DNA from: an uncultured delta proteobacterium
GTDB taxonomy: Bacteria; Desulfobacterota; Binatia; UBA9968
Reading direction: 5' to 3'
NCBI GenBank assembly: GCA_963847445.1
Contig: CAWJZV010000014.1
Span: 64,001 to 128,000 of the forward strand
Length of the DNA stretch: 64,000 nucleotides
Positions within the stretch are counted from its first letter, which is position 1, and each line of letters begins with the position of its first letter. Below are positions 43,080-54,883 of the stretch, in pieces. Position numbers and translations under genes: made by a program. Under the pieces are notes generated by a model. The model worked only from the letters and a program-made list of their open reading frames with translations. It had not been told where the DNA came from and searched no databases.

Positions 43080-43775
43080 CTACTCCCCCGGCATAAAGCC
43101 TTTGACTGAAATATCGATGCCGTTGCCTTCGGGATCGTGCAGGCGGAATTCGGCGAAGGGAATCCGTTGCGGCCTTGCGGCGCCGCGGCGCACGCCGGCC
43201 TTTTCGGCCCGGTCGCGGGTCTCTTCGACATCGCGGATCTTGAAGCCGAAGTGGTTGAAGCCGTTTTTCTCCTCGCGCACGCGCTGGTAGAGCAGCGCCT
43301 GATTGAAGTAGCCGTCGGAAACGAAGATCGAGCCGCGATCGGTGCTGCCGACCGGCTTCAAACCGAACGCCGCTGCATAGAAGTCGGCCAGCCGCCGTGG
43401 ATCGGCGGTGAATAGCGCCAGATGGCGGATCGGGAACGGCGTTTTCGCTGTCGATGCACCAAAGCTGCGGCTCGAAATATCGATTAGATTCTTGTCCGGA
43501 TCCGTCACTTGAAACTCACCGTGCGGCGACGGCGCGCTGCCCTTCTCAGCTTTCAGCCGCACACTTTCCAGGCTGTCGACAAGGAAGCCGGTAGCATGGA
43601 GTCCGGTGCGCGACGCATCATTTTCCTTGAGCAAAGCCAAGGTAAACACACCGTCTGACAAACGAATCGAGTTCGGCGCCTCGGAAACCGTTTCCAGTTC
43701 GAAAACCGCGCGGTAAAAATCCGCCAATCGTGCCGGTTCGCTCGCTTTGATCGTGAGACTGCGCAGACATGCCAT
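43080..43775 (-). CDS. Two-domain VOC / glyoxalase family protein
   Basis: Duplicated LADFY...SDG.F.LALL...DP.GN.ID modules. Confidence 0.85.
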   Translation of the reverse strand: MACLRSLTIKASEPARLADFYRAVFELETVSEAPNSIRLSDGVFTLALLKENDASRTGLHATGFLVDSLESVRLKAEKGSAPSPHGEFQVTDPDKNLIDISSRSFGASTAKTPFPIRHLALFTADPRRLADFYAAAFGLKPVGSTDRGSIFVSDGYFNQALLYQRVREEKNGFNHFGFKIRDVEETRDRAEKAGVRRGAARPQRIPFAEFRLHDPEGNGIDISVKGFMPGE

Positions 43776-44027
43776 CGGAACCTCCAGCGGAAAACGTTTA
43801 GCGATGAATTGCAGGAAACCATCCAGCCAATTTCATGCCAGCGCTTGCGCGGCCGTTCTAGAGGCGCACGAATGGAATCGAAAGGGCAATGAGTCTGAGG
43901 ACTTGGTCGACCGGAGAGACAGAAACAGTCTGCTTGCCGCGTCAATCGATTGTTGAATCCGGGAATTCGTCGCGGCTTGATTCTAATTCCTGAGAATTCA
44001 TCAGCGCTCGCGGTTAAACGATTCCCG

Positions 44028-45275
44028 TCATCGCGGCGCGACTAAAATCTCATCCCGCGGAAAGTAATCCATGATCTCGGCGCCGTTCTTCGTCACCACC
44101 AGCATGTTTTCCAAGCGCGCGCCGCCGACTCGGGTCGCGCCTTCGCGCGATTCCACCGCCAGCGTCATGCCTTCTTCGAAAACCTGCGGGTGATCGAAGG
44201 ACCATAGGCGATTGATGATCGGAATATCGTAGCCGGTGTTGGTGCCCAGGCCGATGCCGTGGCCGATTTCGCTGGCGAGGATTTCCACTTCGCTCTGGTA
44301 ACCCCACTTGGTTGCCGGCGGAAAATGTTTCGCCGCGTCCGCCGTGGTCTTGCCCGGTTTGATTTCGGAGATGACCAGATCGAGCCGCTCGCGCACTTCC
44401 TTGTACCAGTCTTGCTCCTTCGCCGTCGGCTTTCGACCGACGATGAAGGTCCGGTAGGTGCAGCTGCCGTAACCCATGTAGGTCGCGCCGCAGTAGGAGC
44501 CGTAAACCATGTCGCCGAACTGAATCACCCGGCTGGTGGCGTGCGGGCCGCGGTCGAAGGTCGTCGGCCCGGTGCGCCAGCCGCCGGGCACCGAGCCCTC
44601 CAGTCCCATCTCCCAGCCGGCGCCGGAGGCGATGCGCATCAGATCGGTGTCGCGAATGCCCGGCTTCAAATTTTCCCAGACGCGATACCAGACGCCGTCG
44701 ACCATCGACGCACAGGTCTTGAGACAATCGATCTCGTCCTGGTTTTTGATCATGCGCGCTTCGAGCATGAGGTTGCGCGAATCGACGATATTTTTCACGC
44801 CGGCGTTGACCAGCGCTTCGCGGGCGTTGCCGTCGAAACTGCCGAGCGCCAGCTTCTCGCCGAGCAGGCCGCGTTTTTCCAACTCAGATTTAATCTCGCC
44901 CGCGAACGCTTTGGCCTCGTCGGCACACGCGCCGGGGCCCGGCGCGCCGCTCAACCAAGAATGCGCCGGCCGCCATTCTTTGATCCACGGGCATTGATCC
45001 GGCATCTGATGAAAATAGCCGTCGTGCTCGTACATCACCGGATCATGCTCGGCGAAGAACAACACGTAGCGGCACATCGGATAAGTGAATCCGCGTAGCG
45101 CGGTCAGGTAGCGAATATTGTGATGATTGGCTTCGAGCAGCGCGGCGACGCCATGTTTTTTCATGATCGTCTGCGCCCGCGCCACGCGCTGGTTGCGCAT
45201 GCGTTCGGTATTGAGCCGCTCTTGCCAATCCGCGGTTTCCGGACCGAAGGTCAGTTTCGATGAGTATTGAACCAT
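44028..45275 (-). CDS. Peptidase M24 (Xaa-Pro/creatinase-like) family protein
   Basis: ARMIKNQDEI, IGHGIG, GMTLAVE, GARLENM. Confidence 0.88.
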   Translation of the reverse strand: MVQYSSKLTFGPETADWQERLNTERMRNQRVARAQTIMKKHGVAALLEANHHNIRYLTALRGFTYPMCRYVLFFAEHDPVMYEHDGYFHQMPDQCPWIKEWRPAHSWLSGAPGPGACADEAKAFAGEIKSELEKRGLLGEKLALGSFDGNAREALVNAGVKNIVDSRNLMLEARMIKNQDEIDCLKTCASMVDGVWYRVWENLKPGIRDTDLMRIASGAGWEMGLEGSVPGGWRTGPTTFDRGPHATSRVIQFGDMVYGSYCGATYMGYGSCTYRTFIVGRKPTAKEQDWYKEVRERLDLVISEIKPGKTTADAAKHFPPATKWGYQSEVEILASEIGHGIGLGTNTGYDIPIINRLWSFDHPQVFEEGMTLAVESREGATRVGGARLENMLVVTKNGAEIMDYFPRDEILVAPR

Positions 45276-45517
45276 GATCGCGCTCCTGGATATCTCAAGT
45301 GATCACGCTGCTCGCAGCGTGGAACCATCAAATGGGGTTTCCAAAGGGGGCGAGCATCCCCTTTGGCAATTTTAATAAGCACCGCGGTCAACACCCTGGT
45401 CGCGCAGTGGCTTCGTTTACTGAACGGCGCAAACTTATCTGGAACGGTTTAACGCTTCAACACTGACTAGTCTCCGTCGCAGACAATGGATTGCCTCACA
45501 ATCCGGTCACGGAAAGA

Positions 45518-45633
45518 TCCGTCATGCCGGTGAAAACCGGCATTCAGGTGACGGATAGCGTCCGTCATACCGTTGGAAAACGGTATCCAGGTGGATGATG
45601 GGTCTGGATTCCGGCCTGCGCCGGAATGACGGA
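45518..45633. repeat. CCGTCAT...ATGACGG REP-like composite with three hairpin units
   Basis: ccgtcatgccggtgaaaaccggcattcagg; ccgtcataccgttggaaaacggtatccagg; ctggattccggcctgcgccggaatgacgg. Confidence 0.75.
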
Positions 45634-45717
45634 TAGGAGGCAAATCGTCTCGCTGGAAGACCCTTGATTGCCAAGCGTGAACGAATGTAGTGTCTAGCAG
45701 GAAAGAGAACCAAGCCT

Positions 45718-46703
45718 ATGAAGAACTTACTACGGAGCCTCACCTGTTTTGGCCATGCTCAGCCTCTGTGCATCGGACGCCATTGGCGCCGAGCGCATCA
45801 CCGCCGCTTACACGAGCATCGCCGCCGCCTACGCGCCCTTCTGGGTGGCCAAGGACAAAGGCATCTTCGACAAATACAACTTCGATACGCGATTGATCTA
45901 CATGCGCGGCACCGTGCCGACGCTGGCGGCGCTGGCCAACAGCGAACTCGACTTCGTCCAATCGGGCGCCTCGCCGTTTATTCCCTACGCAGCCAAGGGC
46001 GGCGACGTGGTGCTGCTCGGCTGCTTGGCGAATAAGGTGATCGACTATGTGCTGATCGCCCACCCGTCGATTACTCGCATCGAACAGCTTGCGCGGCAAG
46101 CCCATCGGCATCAGCCGGGTCGGCGATCAGACCCATCATTATGTCCGGGAAATTCTCAAACGCTACGGCATCTCGCTCAAGGAGGTGCGCTTGGTGCAGA
46201 CCGGCCTGCAACCCGAGCGAGTCGCGGCGCTGCGCCAAGGCTTGACCATGGCGAGCATTCTCAACCGGCCCAATAATCTGCCGCTGGAACAAGAGGGTTA
46301 TAAACGCTTGCTCGACATCGAGGATCTCAAACTGCCCGCCGGCGTGCGCTGCCTGATCACGACAAAGAAAATCATCAAAACCAAACCGGCCATGGTCGAT
46401 AATTTTGTCATGGCCTGGCTCGAATCGGTGCGCTTCATCCTCACCCAGAAGCGCGAGACCAAGCAGGTCATCGCCAAATACACGCTCAACACCGACGACG
46501 TTCATCTGGAAGAAGCCTGGAATACCTTAGCGACGCAAACCGAGGTCCCGCCCTACGCCTCGGTCAGCCAGCTCCAAGGTCAGGCCAACATGATGGCCGA
46601 AGACCAGCCCGACCTCGCCCGCTTCGACGCCAAGGTGATGGTCGACAACAGCATTATCAAGAAGCTGGAAGACTCCGGCTGGATCAAGAAGCTCTTTCGC
46701 TAA
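45718..46703 (+). CDS. ABC substrate-binding protein, SsuA/NMT1-like (frameshifted)
   Basis: PFWVAKDKGIFDKY, LRGKPIGIS, VDNSIIKKLEDSG. Confidence 0.83.
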
Positions 46704-46720
46704 GAGGAGAGAAAAAGATC

Positions 46721-46801
46721 TCACCACGAAGGCACGAAGCGCACGAAGGTCGGAGCAAGGTATTTTCCGAAACCTTCGTGTCCTTCGCGCCTTCGTGGTG
46801 A
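46721..46801. repeat. TCACCACGAAG...CTTCGTGGTGA palindromic element
   Basis: CACGAAG tandem arms, inverted. Confidence 0.85.
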
Positions 46802-47020
46802 AAAATCTCCATCTCGGCGACCTTCGCCACTCGGCAAGAATGCGGTATCGATCACGCCCAGTCCCTTTCCCGTGCGGCGACAAATCATCTCTGCGCCAGC
46901 TCGGAAACCTTACCTCTCATTTTCTTCGAATCGCCATAGCAGCGGACACTAGCTTGGAGTTATTGTCGTATCAAGCTATCGCTTGCTATCTTGCAGCTGC
47001 CTAGTTACAGAACATGAATA

Positions 47021-47966
47021 ATGAAATTTCTCATTAGCAAGCTCGCGGCACTGCTGCTTCTGATCTCCGCTGTGCCGCCCGGCTTCGCCGCCGAACGGCC
47101 GCTGGAAAAAGTCCGCATCGCGGTGTCGTCGAAGTCGTTGGGCTTCCTCGACACCTGGGCGGCCAAGGAGCGCGGCTTTTTTCGCAAACACGGCCTCGAC
47201 GCCGAGATCATCGCCATGCGCCCGCCGCTCACCATCGGCGCCCTGCAAGCCGGCGAGATCGATTACGCCATCGGCGCCAGCACCATCTCGCGCGGTGCCA
47301 TCTCGGGCGCGCCGGTGCGCATCGTCAGCTTGGCCTTACGCTCGTCGTTTCATACCTTGGTCGCTCGGCCCGCGATCAAGACCATCGCCGACATGAAGGG
47401 CAAGACCATCGCGGTGACCGTCGGCGCGGCCGATGACTTCGTCGCGCGCCATCTGTTGCGCCGCGGCGGTCTTGACCCGCGCGATGTCCATTTCGTCAAC
47501 ATGGGCGGGTCGGACACACGCTTTCCGGCGCTGCACGCCGGTACCATCGACGCATCGCCGCTCTCTCTGCCGTTTTTCGTCGTCGCCAAGACGACAGGGC
47601 TACAATCTGCTCGGCACCGCCTCGGATGTTCTCGACATGGCCACCGTCGGCATCGGCACGTCGCTCAAGAAAATCTCGCAGGAGCGCGAGCAGGTCAAAA
47701 AAATGGTCCGCGCCCAGCTCGACACGCTGCGCTGGATCAAGACGCAGAAAGCCGAGGTCGTGCCGTTTTTGCAGAAATTCTACGGCCTCGACGAGGGCAT
47801 GGCGGTGGAATCCCACGCGATCTATGCCAAATTGATCATCGACGACGCCCGCCCGCTGGCCGAAGCGATCAAGACCGTGCTCGACCAGCAGGGCAAACCG
47901 GATCTGCCGCTCGACCGCGTGGTCGACGCCTCGGTGGTCGAAGAAGTTCTGCGTGAACGGAGATAG
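47021..47966 (+). CDS. ABC substrate-binding protein, SsuA/NMT1-like (frameshift near 47590)
   Basis: AKERGFFRKHGLD, DMKGKTIA. Confidence 0.85.
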
Positions 47967-48018
47967 AATAGATTCTACAGACTTTGGTGTGGATAATGTG
48001 GCAAGTTCAACTTGTATG

Positions 48019-48096
48019 TTCACCACGAAGGACACGAAGGTTTCGGATGATTAAGATTCCGAACTTCGTGCTCTTCGTGTCCTCCTTCGTGGTGAA
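48019..48096. repeat. TTCACCACGAAG...CTTCGTGGTGAA palindromic element
   Basis: Same family as 46721. Confidence 0.85.
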
Positions 48097-48134
48097 AACA
48101 TCGTCACGGTAAACCCGAAAGAACCGGAAAATAT

Positions 48135-49236
48135 ATGACTGACAACGATATTCGCATCATCGACATCGACGGCCATGTGCGCGAGGCCGATGATTTATTC
48201 GAAAAATATTTAGAAGCGCCTTTCCGCGCCCGCGCGCCAAAGGTCGAAAAAGTCGCCAACGGCCAACTGTTATTTCAAGCTCGAAGGCGAGCGCCATCAC
48301 CGCCGCCCGGACGAATCGCCGTTCCGCGTCAAAGACGACGGTTCGCCGGTCAACGAAGGGCGCCACCTCGCGACCAATCCCAAACAGCGCCTGGAAGCGA
48401 TGGACCGCGACCGCATCGAGCGCGGCCTGATGTTTCCATCCGCCGGTTTGTACTTAACGTCGGTCGAAGAAGAAGCCTATGCCGCGGCGCTCTGCCGCGC
48501 TTATAACAATTGGCTCTACGACTACTGCGGCGAAGACCGCAAACGCTTGATGGGCGTGGCCGCCGTGCCGGTGCAGGACGTCAAGCTCGCCATCGACGAA
48601 GCCAAGCGCGCGGTTAAAGAACTAGGCTTCAAAGGCATCTTCGTCAGACCCAATCCGGTCAAAGGCCGCAACATCGACGATCCTTACTACGACCCGCTGT
48701 ACAAGACCGTCGTCGATCTCGGCGTGCCGCTGTTGCTCCACGAGGGTTCGGGCGCGTTCCTGCCCACCGCCGGCGCCGACCGCTTCGTCGGCCAGTGGTT
48801 TTTCACTCACACGATATCCCATCCGCTGGAGCAGATGCTCGCCAGCCTGGGCATGATCTGCAACGGCACACTGGAGCGACATCCCGAATTGCAGTGCGTA
48901 TTTCTCGAATCCGGCGCCGGCTGGCTGCCCTATTGGCTCTGGCGCATGGACGAGCACTACGAAGTCCTGCCTTTCCAAGTGCCCTGGCTAAAAATGAAAC
49001 CGAGCGACTACTTTCGCCGCCAGTGTTTCATCTCCTTCGAAGCCGACGAAACCCGCTTGGGCCAGGTGATCGAATCCATCGGCGCCGACCATGTCGTATT
49101 CGCCTCGGACTATCCCCATTGGGACGCAACCTTCCCCGGCGTCACCGACATGATTATGAATCGCAAGGATTTGGACGCCGACACCCAGCGCAAGATCATG
49201 GGAGAGAGCCGCGCAAGATTGTTAAGGTTGGATTGA
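48135..49236 (+). CDS. Amidohydrolase_2 family protein (frameshift near 48275)
   Basis: IDIDGH, CRAYNNWL, FLESGAGW, FASDYPHWD. Confidence 0.9.
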
Positions 49237-49326
49237 ACTGTAACGGTTAACGGGTGTCGGCTATTGTTTTTTCGCGGAAAAAGTTGCCTTTCCCCTTCGC
49301 GACGAAATACAATTTAAGGAGGTTTT

Positions 49327-50103
49327 ATGGCAGACACACCAAAACTAGTTTCTTCAATGGGCCGCGCCGAGCTCGATAAGATCTACGTGCGCAATTACGA
49401 TCTGAATAAAGACCTGCTCGGCAAGATCAGCTTCGCCCAGATGGTTTGCTTGATGCTCGAAGGCCGGCTGCCCACTGCCGAAGAAGGCCGGATGATCGAC
49501 ACCATGCTGATCGTGCTGGTCGATCACGGCATGACCACCGGCGCGGCGGCGGCGCGCATGACTTTTCATTCCGCGCCGGAAGCGATCCAGGGCGCGGTGG
49601 CGGCGGCGATCCTCGGCGCCGGCAGCGTGCATCTCGGTTCGTCGGAGCACTGCGCGAAAATGCTCAACGACGCCTTGTCCAAGGAAGCCAAAGACGCCGA
49701 TCTCGACGCCGTGGCGTTAAAAACCGTCGAACGGCGCTTGGCCAACAATCAACTGATTCCCGGCATCGGCCATGGCATCCACACCGGCGGCGATCCGCGC
49801 GCCCACCGCTTGTTCGAAGTCGCCGAGGAAACCAAGGTGTATGGCCGCAACTGCGAGCTGTTGAAGAAGATCGGCAAGATCGCCGACCAGAAAGTCGGCA
49901 AACATCTGCCGGTGAACGTCACCGGCGCCATCGCGGCGATCTCCCTCGACATGGGATTTCACTGGCAGATGTCGAAGAGCTTCGCGATCCTCGGCCGCGC
50001 CTTGGGCGGCCTCGCCCATGTCGGCGAAGAAATCCGCCGGCCCATCGCCCGCGGCATATCGAATCTGATTCGGGATAATTTGCAGTATGAACCGGAGAAG
50101 TGA
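49327..50103 (+). CDS. Citryl-CoA lyase / citrate synthase family protein
   Basis: LVDHG, IPGIGHGIH..GDPR, LPVNVTGAI. Confidence 0.88.
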   Translation: MADTPKLVSSMGRAELDKIYVRNYDLNKDLLGKISFAQMVCLMLEGRLPTAEEGRMIDTMLIVLVDHGMTTGAAAARMTFHSAPEAIQGAVAAAILGAGSVHLGSSEHCAKMLNDALSKEAKDADLDAVALKTVERRLANNQLIPGIGHGIHTGGDPRAHRLFEVAEETKVYGRNCELLKKIGKIADQKVGKHLPVNVTGAIAAISLDMGFHWQMSKSFAILGRALGGLAHVGEEIRRPIARGISNLIRDNLQYEPEK

Positions 50104-50154
50104 AGATCATTCGAAGGCGCAAACGCGGCTCTGGAGTGTTGGAGTGATGGAGTG

Positions 50155-51175
50155 ATGGGAAGAATGAGGATAACAGCGTTGCGCCGCAAGACCTTGCGGT
50201 CATGATCGTATTGTATTGTCAGTCTCGCGTTAGCGGTCGCCGTCCACGCCCAGCTGCGCAAGATCAACATCGCCTACACGGCGACTAGCCCGTATCAAGC
50301 GGTGTTGATCGTCGCCAAGGAAGTCGGCTTGTTCAAGAAGCACAACCTCGATCCGACCTTGGTTTTCACCACCGGCGGCTCGCTGGGCATCCAGGCCATG
50401 CTCGGCGGCGATGTCGCGATGACGTTATCGGACGGTTCGTCATCGGTGGCGCAGCAAGATCGCCGGCGTCGATGTGCTCGTCATCGCCAGTCTGTTGAAC
50501 ACTTTCCCCTACAGCCTGATCTCGCTGCCGGAGATCAAGAAGGTCGATCAGTTGAGAGGCGCCAAGATCGCCGTCAGCCGTTTTGGCAGCGCAACGGATT
50601 TGAGCGTCAAGATGGCGTTGGCGCGAGTCGGATTGAACGCCGAGAAAGATGTCACGCTGTTACAGATCGGCGTGCAGACCGCGCGCTACGCCGCGATGCT
50701 ATCGAAGAACGTCCAGGCGACGATTATCACGCCGCCGTTTACCCTCACGGCGCGCAAGGCCGGCATGAACACGTTAATCGACATGGGCGAATTGAACATA
50801 CCGTTTCAATTGACCGGCTGTTGGCATTGCGGCCGTATCTGAAAAGCAATCCCGACATGGTGTTGTCGGTGATCCGCGTGCTGTCTGAAGGCATTCATTT
50901 CTACAAACGTGAAAAAGAAGCGACGCTGAAAATTCTCGGCAAGTATTTGAAAACCGACGACCGCGAGGCCCTCGAAGAGACCCATCGCGAGATCGCCGTC
51001 AAAGTCGCTGCCGGAAAAACCTTATCCGACTCTGGCGGGAATCAAGACCATCCTCGACGAGACCGCCCTGCGCAATCCCAAAGCCAAGGGCATGAGGCCC
51101 GAAGACTTCGTCGACTCGAGTTTCGTGAAAAAAGTCGACGATGAAGGATTGTTCGAGCGCCTGTATCGACGCTAA
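50155..51175 (+). CDS. ABC substrate-binding protein, SsuA/NMT1-like (several frameshifts)
   Basis: AKEVGLFKKHNL, IAVSRFGSATD, FVDSSFV; start sits in a GGAGTGATG repeat arm. Confidence 0.8.
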
Positions 51176-51205
51176 TTTCGCGAAAGCCTTATCGAGGAGG
51201 AAGGG

Positions 51206-51794
51206 ATGATCGGTGCAATGAGCAAGGTTTTCGCCCAAGTCATCTTCGTGGCAATCTATCTAGGGGTGAGCCCGGCCGACATCGGCGCTCAGGACATAAC
51301 CGCCTGCGGTGTGGTGAACGGCGACAATGCGCAAAAGTTCGTCGGCGGGCCGCTGGATGTGAAGGAACCTGCCAAGTGCGCCGATCGGCAACGCGCCGGG
51401 CGCCTACAGTTCAGTCTGCACTTACGTCGCCCGCGGGCGTGGACGTGGAGAAAGCGCTCACGTCGCCGCGCTTGCTCGATCTCACCCTGCACTTCTTAGA
51501 TTCGCCGGATTCGATGGCGATGATCTTTGCGAACTCGGTTATCGAATATAACCAATTGACAATCTCGCCGGAATCCACGTTCAAAAACGCGACGATCAAC
51601 TCCCCTCACCGGCTTCGGCGATAAGGCTTTCGTCTTCGAAGCGATCACCGATCCCACAGTCCGGCTACAAATCGGCGCTGATCGTTTTTTACAAAGGCCG
51701 CATCGGCGGCAGCATCGCCGCTTGGAAGAAGCCCGAGCCGGCGTTGGAAACCAGCAAGGCGGTGTTGAAATTCATTCTCAGCCGGCTGCCATGA
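51206..51794 (+). CDS. Secreted hypothetical protein, paralog A (frameshifted)
   Basis: DITACGVVNGDNAQKFVGGPLDV ... IAAWKKPEPALETSKAVLKFILSRLP. Confidence 0.55.
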
Positions 51795-51865
51795 CGTTGG
51801 ACCAATCGAACCACGATTCGCGCACCACGCGCAATGAACTTGCTCATCCAGGACAGGGCATATCG

Positions 51866-52447
51866 ATGAACCTTTAAAAAATCCTCTTGCTAACGGTTGG
51901 CCTACTGTCAAACTGCCGCCTGCTCGCTAGCGCGGCGGAATCTTTCGATATCAGCCGCCTGCGCAACCGTTACAGCGGCGGACGCCGAGAAATTTATCGG
52001 CGCGCCCTGGACGTCACCAAGATCGACAAGAAAATCATGATCAATGCGCCATGGACGCCATGACTCTCTATGCACCTACCTGCCGCAGGGCGTAAAAACC
52101 GACGACCCCACGGAGATCGCCCGCTTTCTCGATGTCAGCTTGCGATTTTTTCCGACGGCGGAAGCGGCGCAAGCGATTCACCAGGCGACCCTTGGAGCAG
52201 TTTCGCAAGATGGCCGGCAGTCCGGATAGCGCCATTCAAAATCATCGCCATCACACCCATCGACGGACTCAACGCCAGCGCATTCTACGTCGAGCTCCAG
52301 GCCGACCCGCAGTCGGATTACAAATCCGCCATGATCACGTTCGTGAAAGATACCATTGGCGGCGCCGTCAGCGCGTGGAAGAAACCGGAATCGTCGTTGG
52401 AGCTGAGCAAAACCGTCCTGCAACATGTCCTGGCCAAGTTACCGTAA
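51866..52447 (+). CDS. Secreted hypothetical protein, paralog B (frameshifted)
   Basis: TVTAADAEKFIGAP ... VSAWKKPESSLELSKTVLQHVLAKLP. Confidence 0.55.
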
Positions 52448-52469
52448 ACAACCGAGTCAAGGAGGATTC

Positions 52470-53506
52470 GTGAAAACTCCGCGCCTGCTTCTGCTCTATC
52501 TGTAATCGGCCTCTGGCAATCGCCGGCAGCTTTCGGTCAATCCGACTTTTTTCGACCGGCAAGCAGATCAAAATCGTCGTCGGCTTTTCCGCCGGCGGCA
52601 TCATCGATCTGTGGGCGCGGCTGTTCGCTCTCTATCTCGGCAAATATCATTCCCGGCAACCCGACCCTGGTCGTGCAAAACCTCCCCGGCGGCGGCTCGA
52701 TGATCGCGGCCAATCAGTTGTACAACGTCGCCAAGCCCGATGGCCTCACCGTGGCCATGTTGTCATCGGGACTTTATTTCGACCAATTGCTCGGCGCCAA
52801 GGAAGTCAAGTACGACTGGGCCAAGTTCGGTTGGATCGGCTCGCCGGTGAAGAATTTCGAAGTGCTCACCATGCGCAACGACACGCCCTACAAAACCATT
52901 GAGGATATTCAGAAAGCCGCCCAGCCGCCGCGCTGCGGCACCACCGGCAGCGGCGCCACGGGCCACTACTTTCCGAAATTTCTCGACGATGCGCTGGGCG
53001 CCAAGTTTCAGCTAGTGCTCGGCTATCCCGGCAACCGCGATGTCGAGATCGCCATCGAACGGGGCGAAGTCCACTGCTACGCCATCACCAAGGAAGCGTT
53101 CCTGCGCGAACCGGGACGTAGCTGGCTCAAGAAAGGGTTTGTCCGCGCCCTGGTCCAGGGCGGACAGAAACGCGACCCGCTGTTTCCGGATACGCCGACC
53201 ATCCATGAACTCATGGATAAACATAGAACACCCGATGCGCTCAAACGCTTCGCCGCCGTGCTGCTCTCCGTCGGCGCCATCGGCCGGCCGTTGGTCACAC
53301 CGCCGCATCTGCCCGCCGGCCGGCTGGCCATCTTGCGCGACGCCTATGCGAAGATGCTCAACGATGCGGAATTTCTCGCCGAGGCGAAAAAACGGGAATG
53401 GGAAGTCGAGTACATCAGCGGCCAGGAACTCGAAGCGATCGCCAGGAAGTCGGTCAACCAGCCACAGGATGTCGTCGACAGACTGCGAAAGACCCTGCGC
53501 GACTGA
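52470..53506 (+). CDS. Tripartite tricarboxylate transporter substrate-binding protein (Bug/TctC family), 5' frameshifts
   Basis: IVVGFSAGG..D, VQNLPGGGS, KPDGLT, GYPG...AIERGEV. Confidence 0.88.
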
Positions 53507-53546
53507 CGGGCTATCGGCCGGGTGCGGCAAGACCGCAAGGACATTA

Positions 53547-53857
53547 TTCACCACGAAGTGAACCAGAGCTGTACGCACGCCCACGGACACATGAAAATGC
53601 GGATGGATTCCTTCCGCAGAGCGCGCAAATGGCTTGCACAAGCGTCATTCCCGCGCACAGCGGGAATACCAACTTTGCGATCTGCGCCAAATTGGCGCGA
53701 GGAATATCCGACATTCGCGGGTATGACGGAACCCCGCAGGCTCAATTCGCGCGCATATCGTCCGCGCACATGTATTTTCGACAGAAGACACGAAGGATCA
53801 CGAAGGTTCGGAGAATCAATTTTCCGAAACCTTCGTGTTCTTCGTGCCTTCGTGGTG
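53547..53857. repeat. CACGAAG palindromic element interrupted by a ~229-bp insert that contains a GTCAT...ATGAC REP
   Basis: ttcaccacgaag at 53547, resumes acacgaaggatcacgaagg at 53788; REP 53643-53728. Confidence 0.7.
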
Positions 53858-53962
53858 CAATATTTCGCAGGCAAATCAGATTCCAAAAACACTGTGGAAA
53901 ATCTTCGCCGCCAATGTTAGGACGATTAGGTTTTCCAAGCAAAACCGACAAAGGAAACGACC

Positions 53963-54763
53963 ATGCTCACACCCGATAAAAATCGACAACCGCATCGACG
54001 CCCATCTCGGCATCCCCGACGGGCATCGGCAAACGGCCGGTGATCGTTCACATGCACGAACGCTACGGCATCGTGCAGCACACCATGGATTTGGGCGAGA
54101 AGTACGTCAAGGCCGGCTATGTCACCATCGTGCCCGACTATTTTTCCCGCTTCACCGGCGACCGCAAGGCGCTGGCCGAAGGCAACGACCGCTGCGAGCT
54201 CGATGACGAAGTCGTCCTGTCGGACACCGACGCGATCATGGCCTATCTGCGCACCGTGCCCCAGGCCGACATGACCAAGGTCGCCATGTCGGGCGTCTGC
54301 CAGACTGGGCGCCAACCGATATTAGTCGCAGCCAAGCGTGACTACCTTACGGCCGCGGTGGTGCTCTACGGCGCGGTCTACGACGCCGACTGGAAGTCCC
54401 ATCCGATGCGGCCCGAGTCCATCGAAACGCTGCTGCAAAAAATGCAGTGCCCGCTCACCGCGGTCTTCGGCGAACTCGACAATCTGATTCATCTCGACAA
54501 CATCGTCCGCATGACCGCGGTCTTGGCCGCGGCCAAGAAAAGCTTCGGCATCCGCGTCTACCCCGATGCGCCGCACGGATTTCTTGAACGACACCATGCC
54601 GGGCCGCTACCGCCAGCCCCAGAGCGACGCGGCATGGAATCAGATCACGTCGTTTTTGAAGTCGGTGTTCGCCGGCGAATGGAAAAAGGACCGGGCGATC
54701 TGGCGCTTCGAAGCCGACAGCTCGCTGGATTACGATTTCACCGCAATGAAGCGTTGGGAATAG
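53963..54763 (+). CDS. Dienelactone hydrolase family protein (frameshifted)
   Basis: HERYG, PDYF, GVCQTG nucleophile Cys, YPDAPHGF. Confidence 0.85.
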
Positions 54764-54867
54764 CGCGCGAAGCGCGCGCAATTACAAATTCCAGATTCCA
54801 AATTCCAAATTTCGGATTTTCTGACGGCGATCCCTAATATGGAATTTGGAATCTGTAATTTGTAATT
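54763..54867. repeat. GCGCGC hairpin plus palindromic element with heptamer arms (AATTCCA / TGGAATT)
   Basis: Left arm 54780-54811, right arm 54840-54867. Confidence 0.85.
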
Positions 54868-54883
54868 CCCCAGTCAAGCAAGC

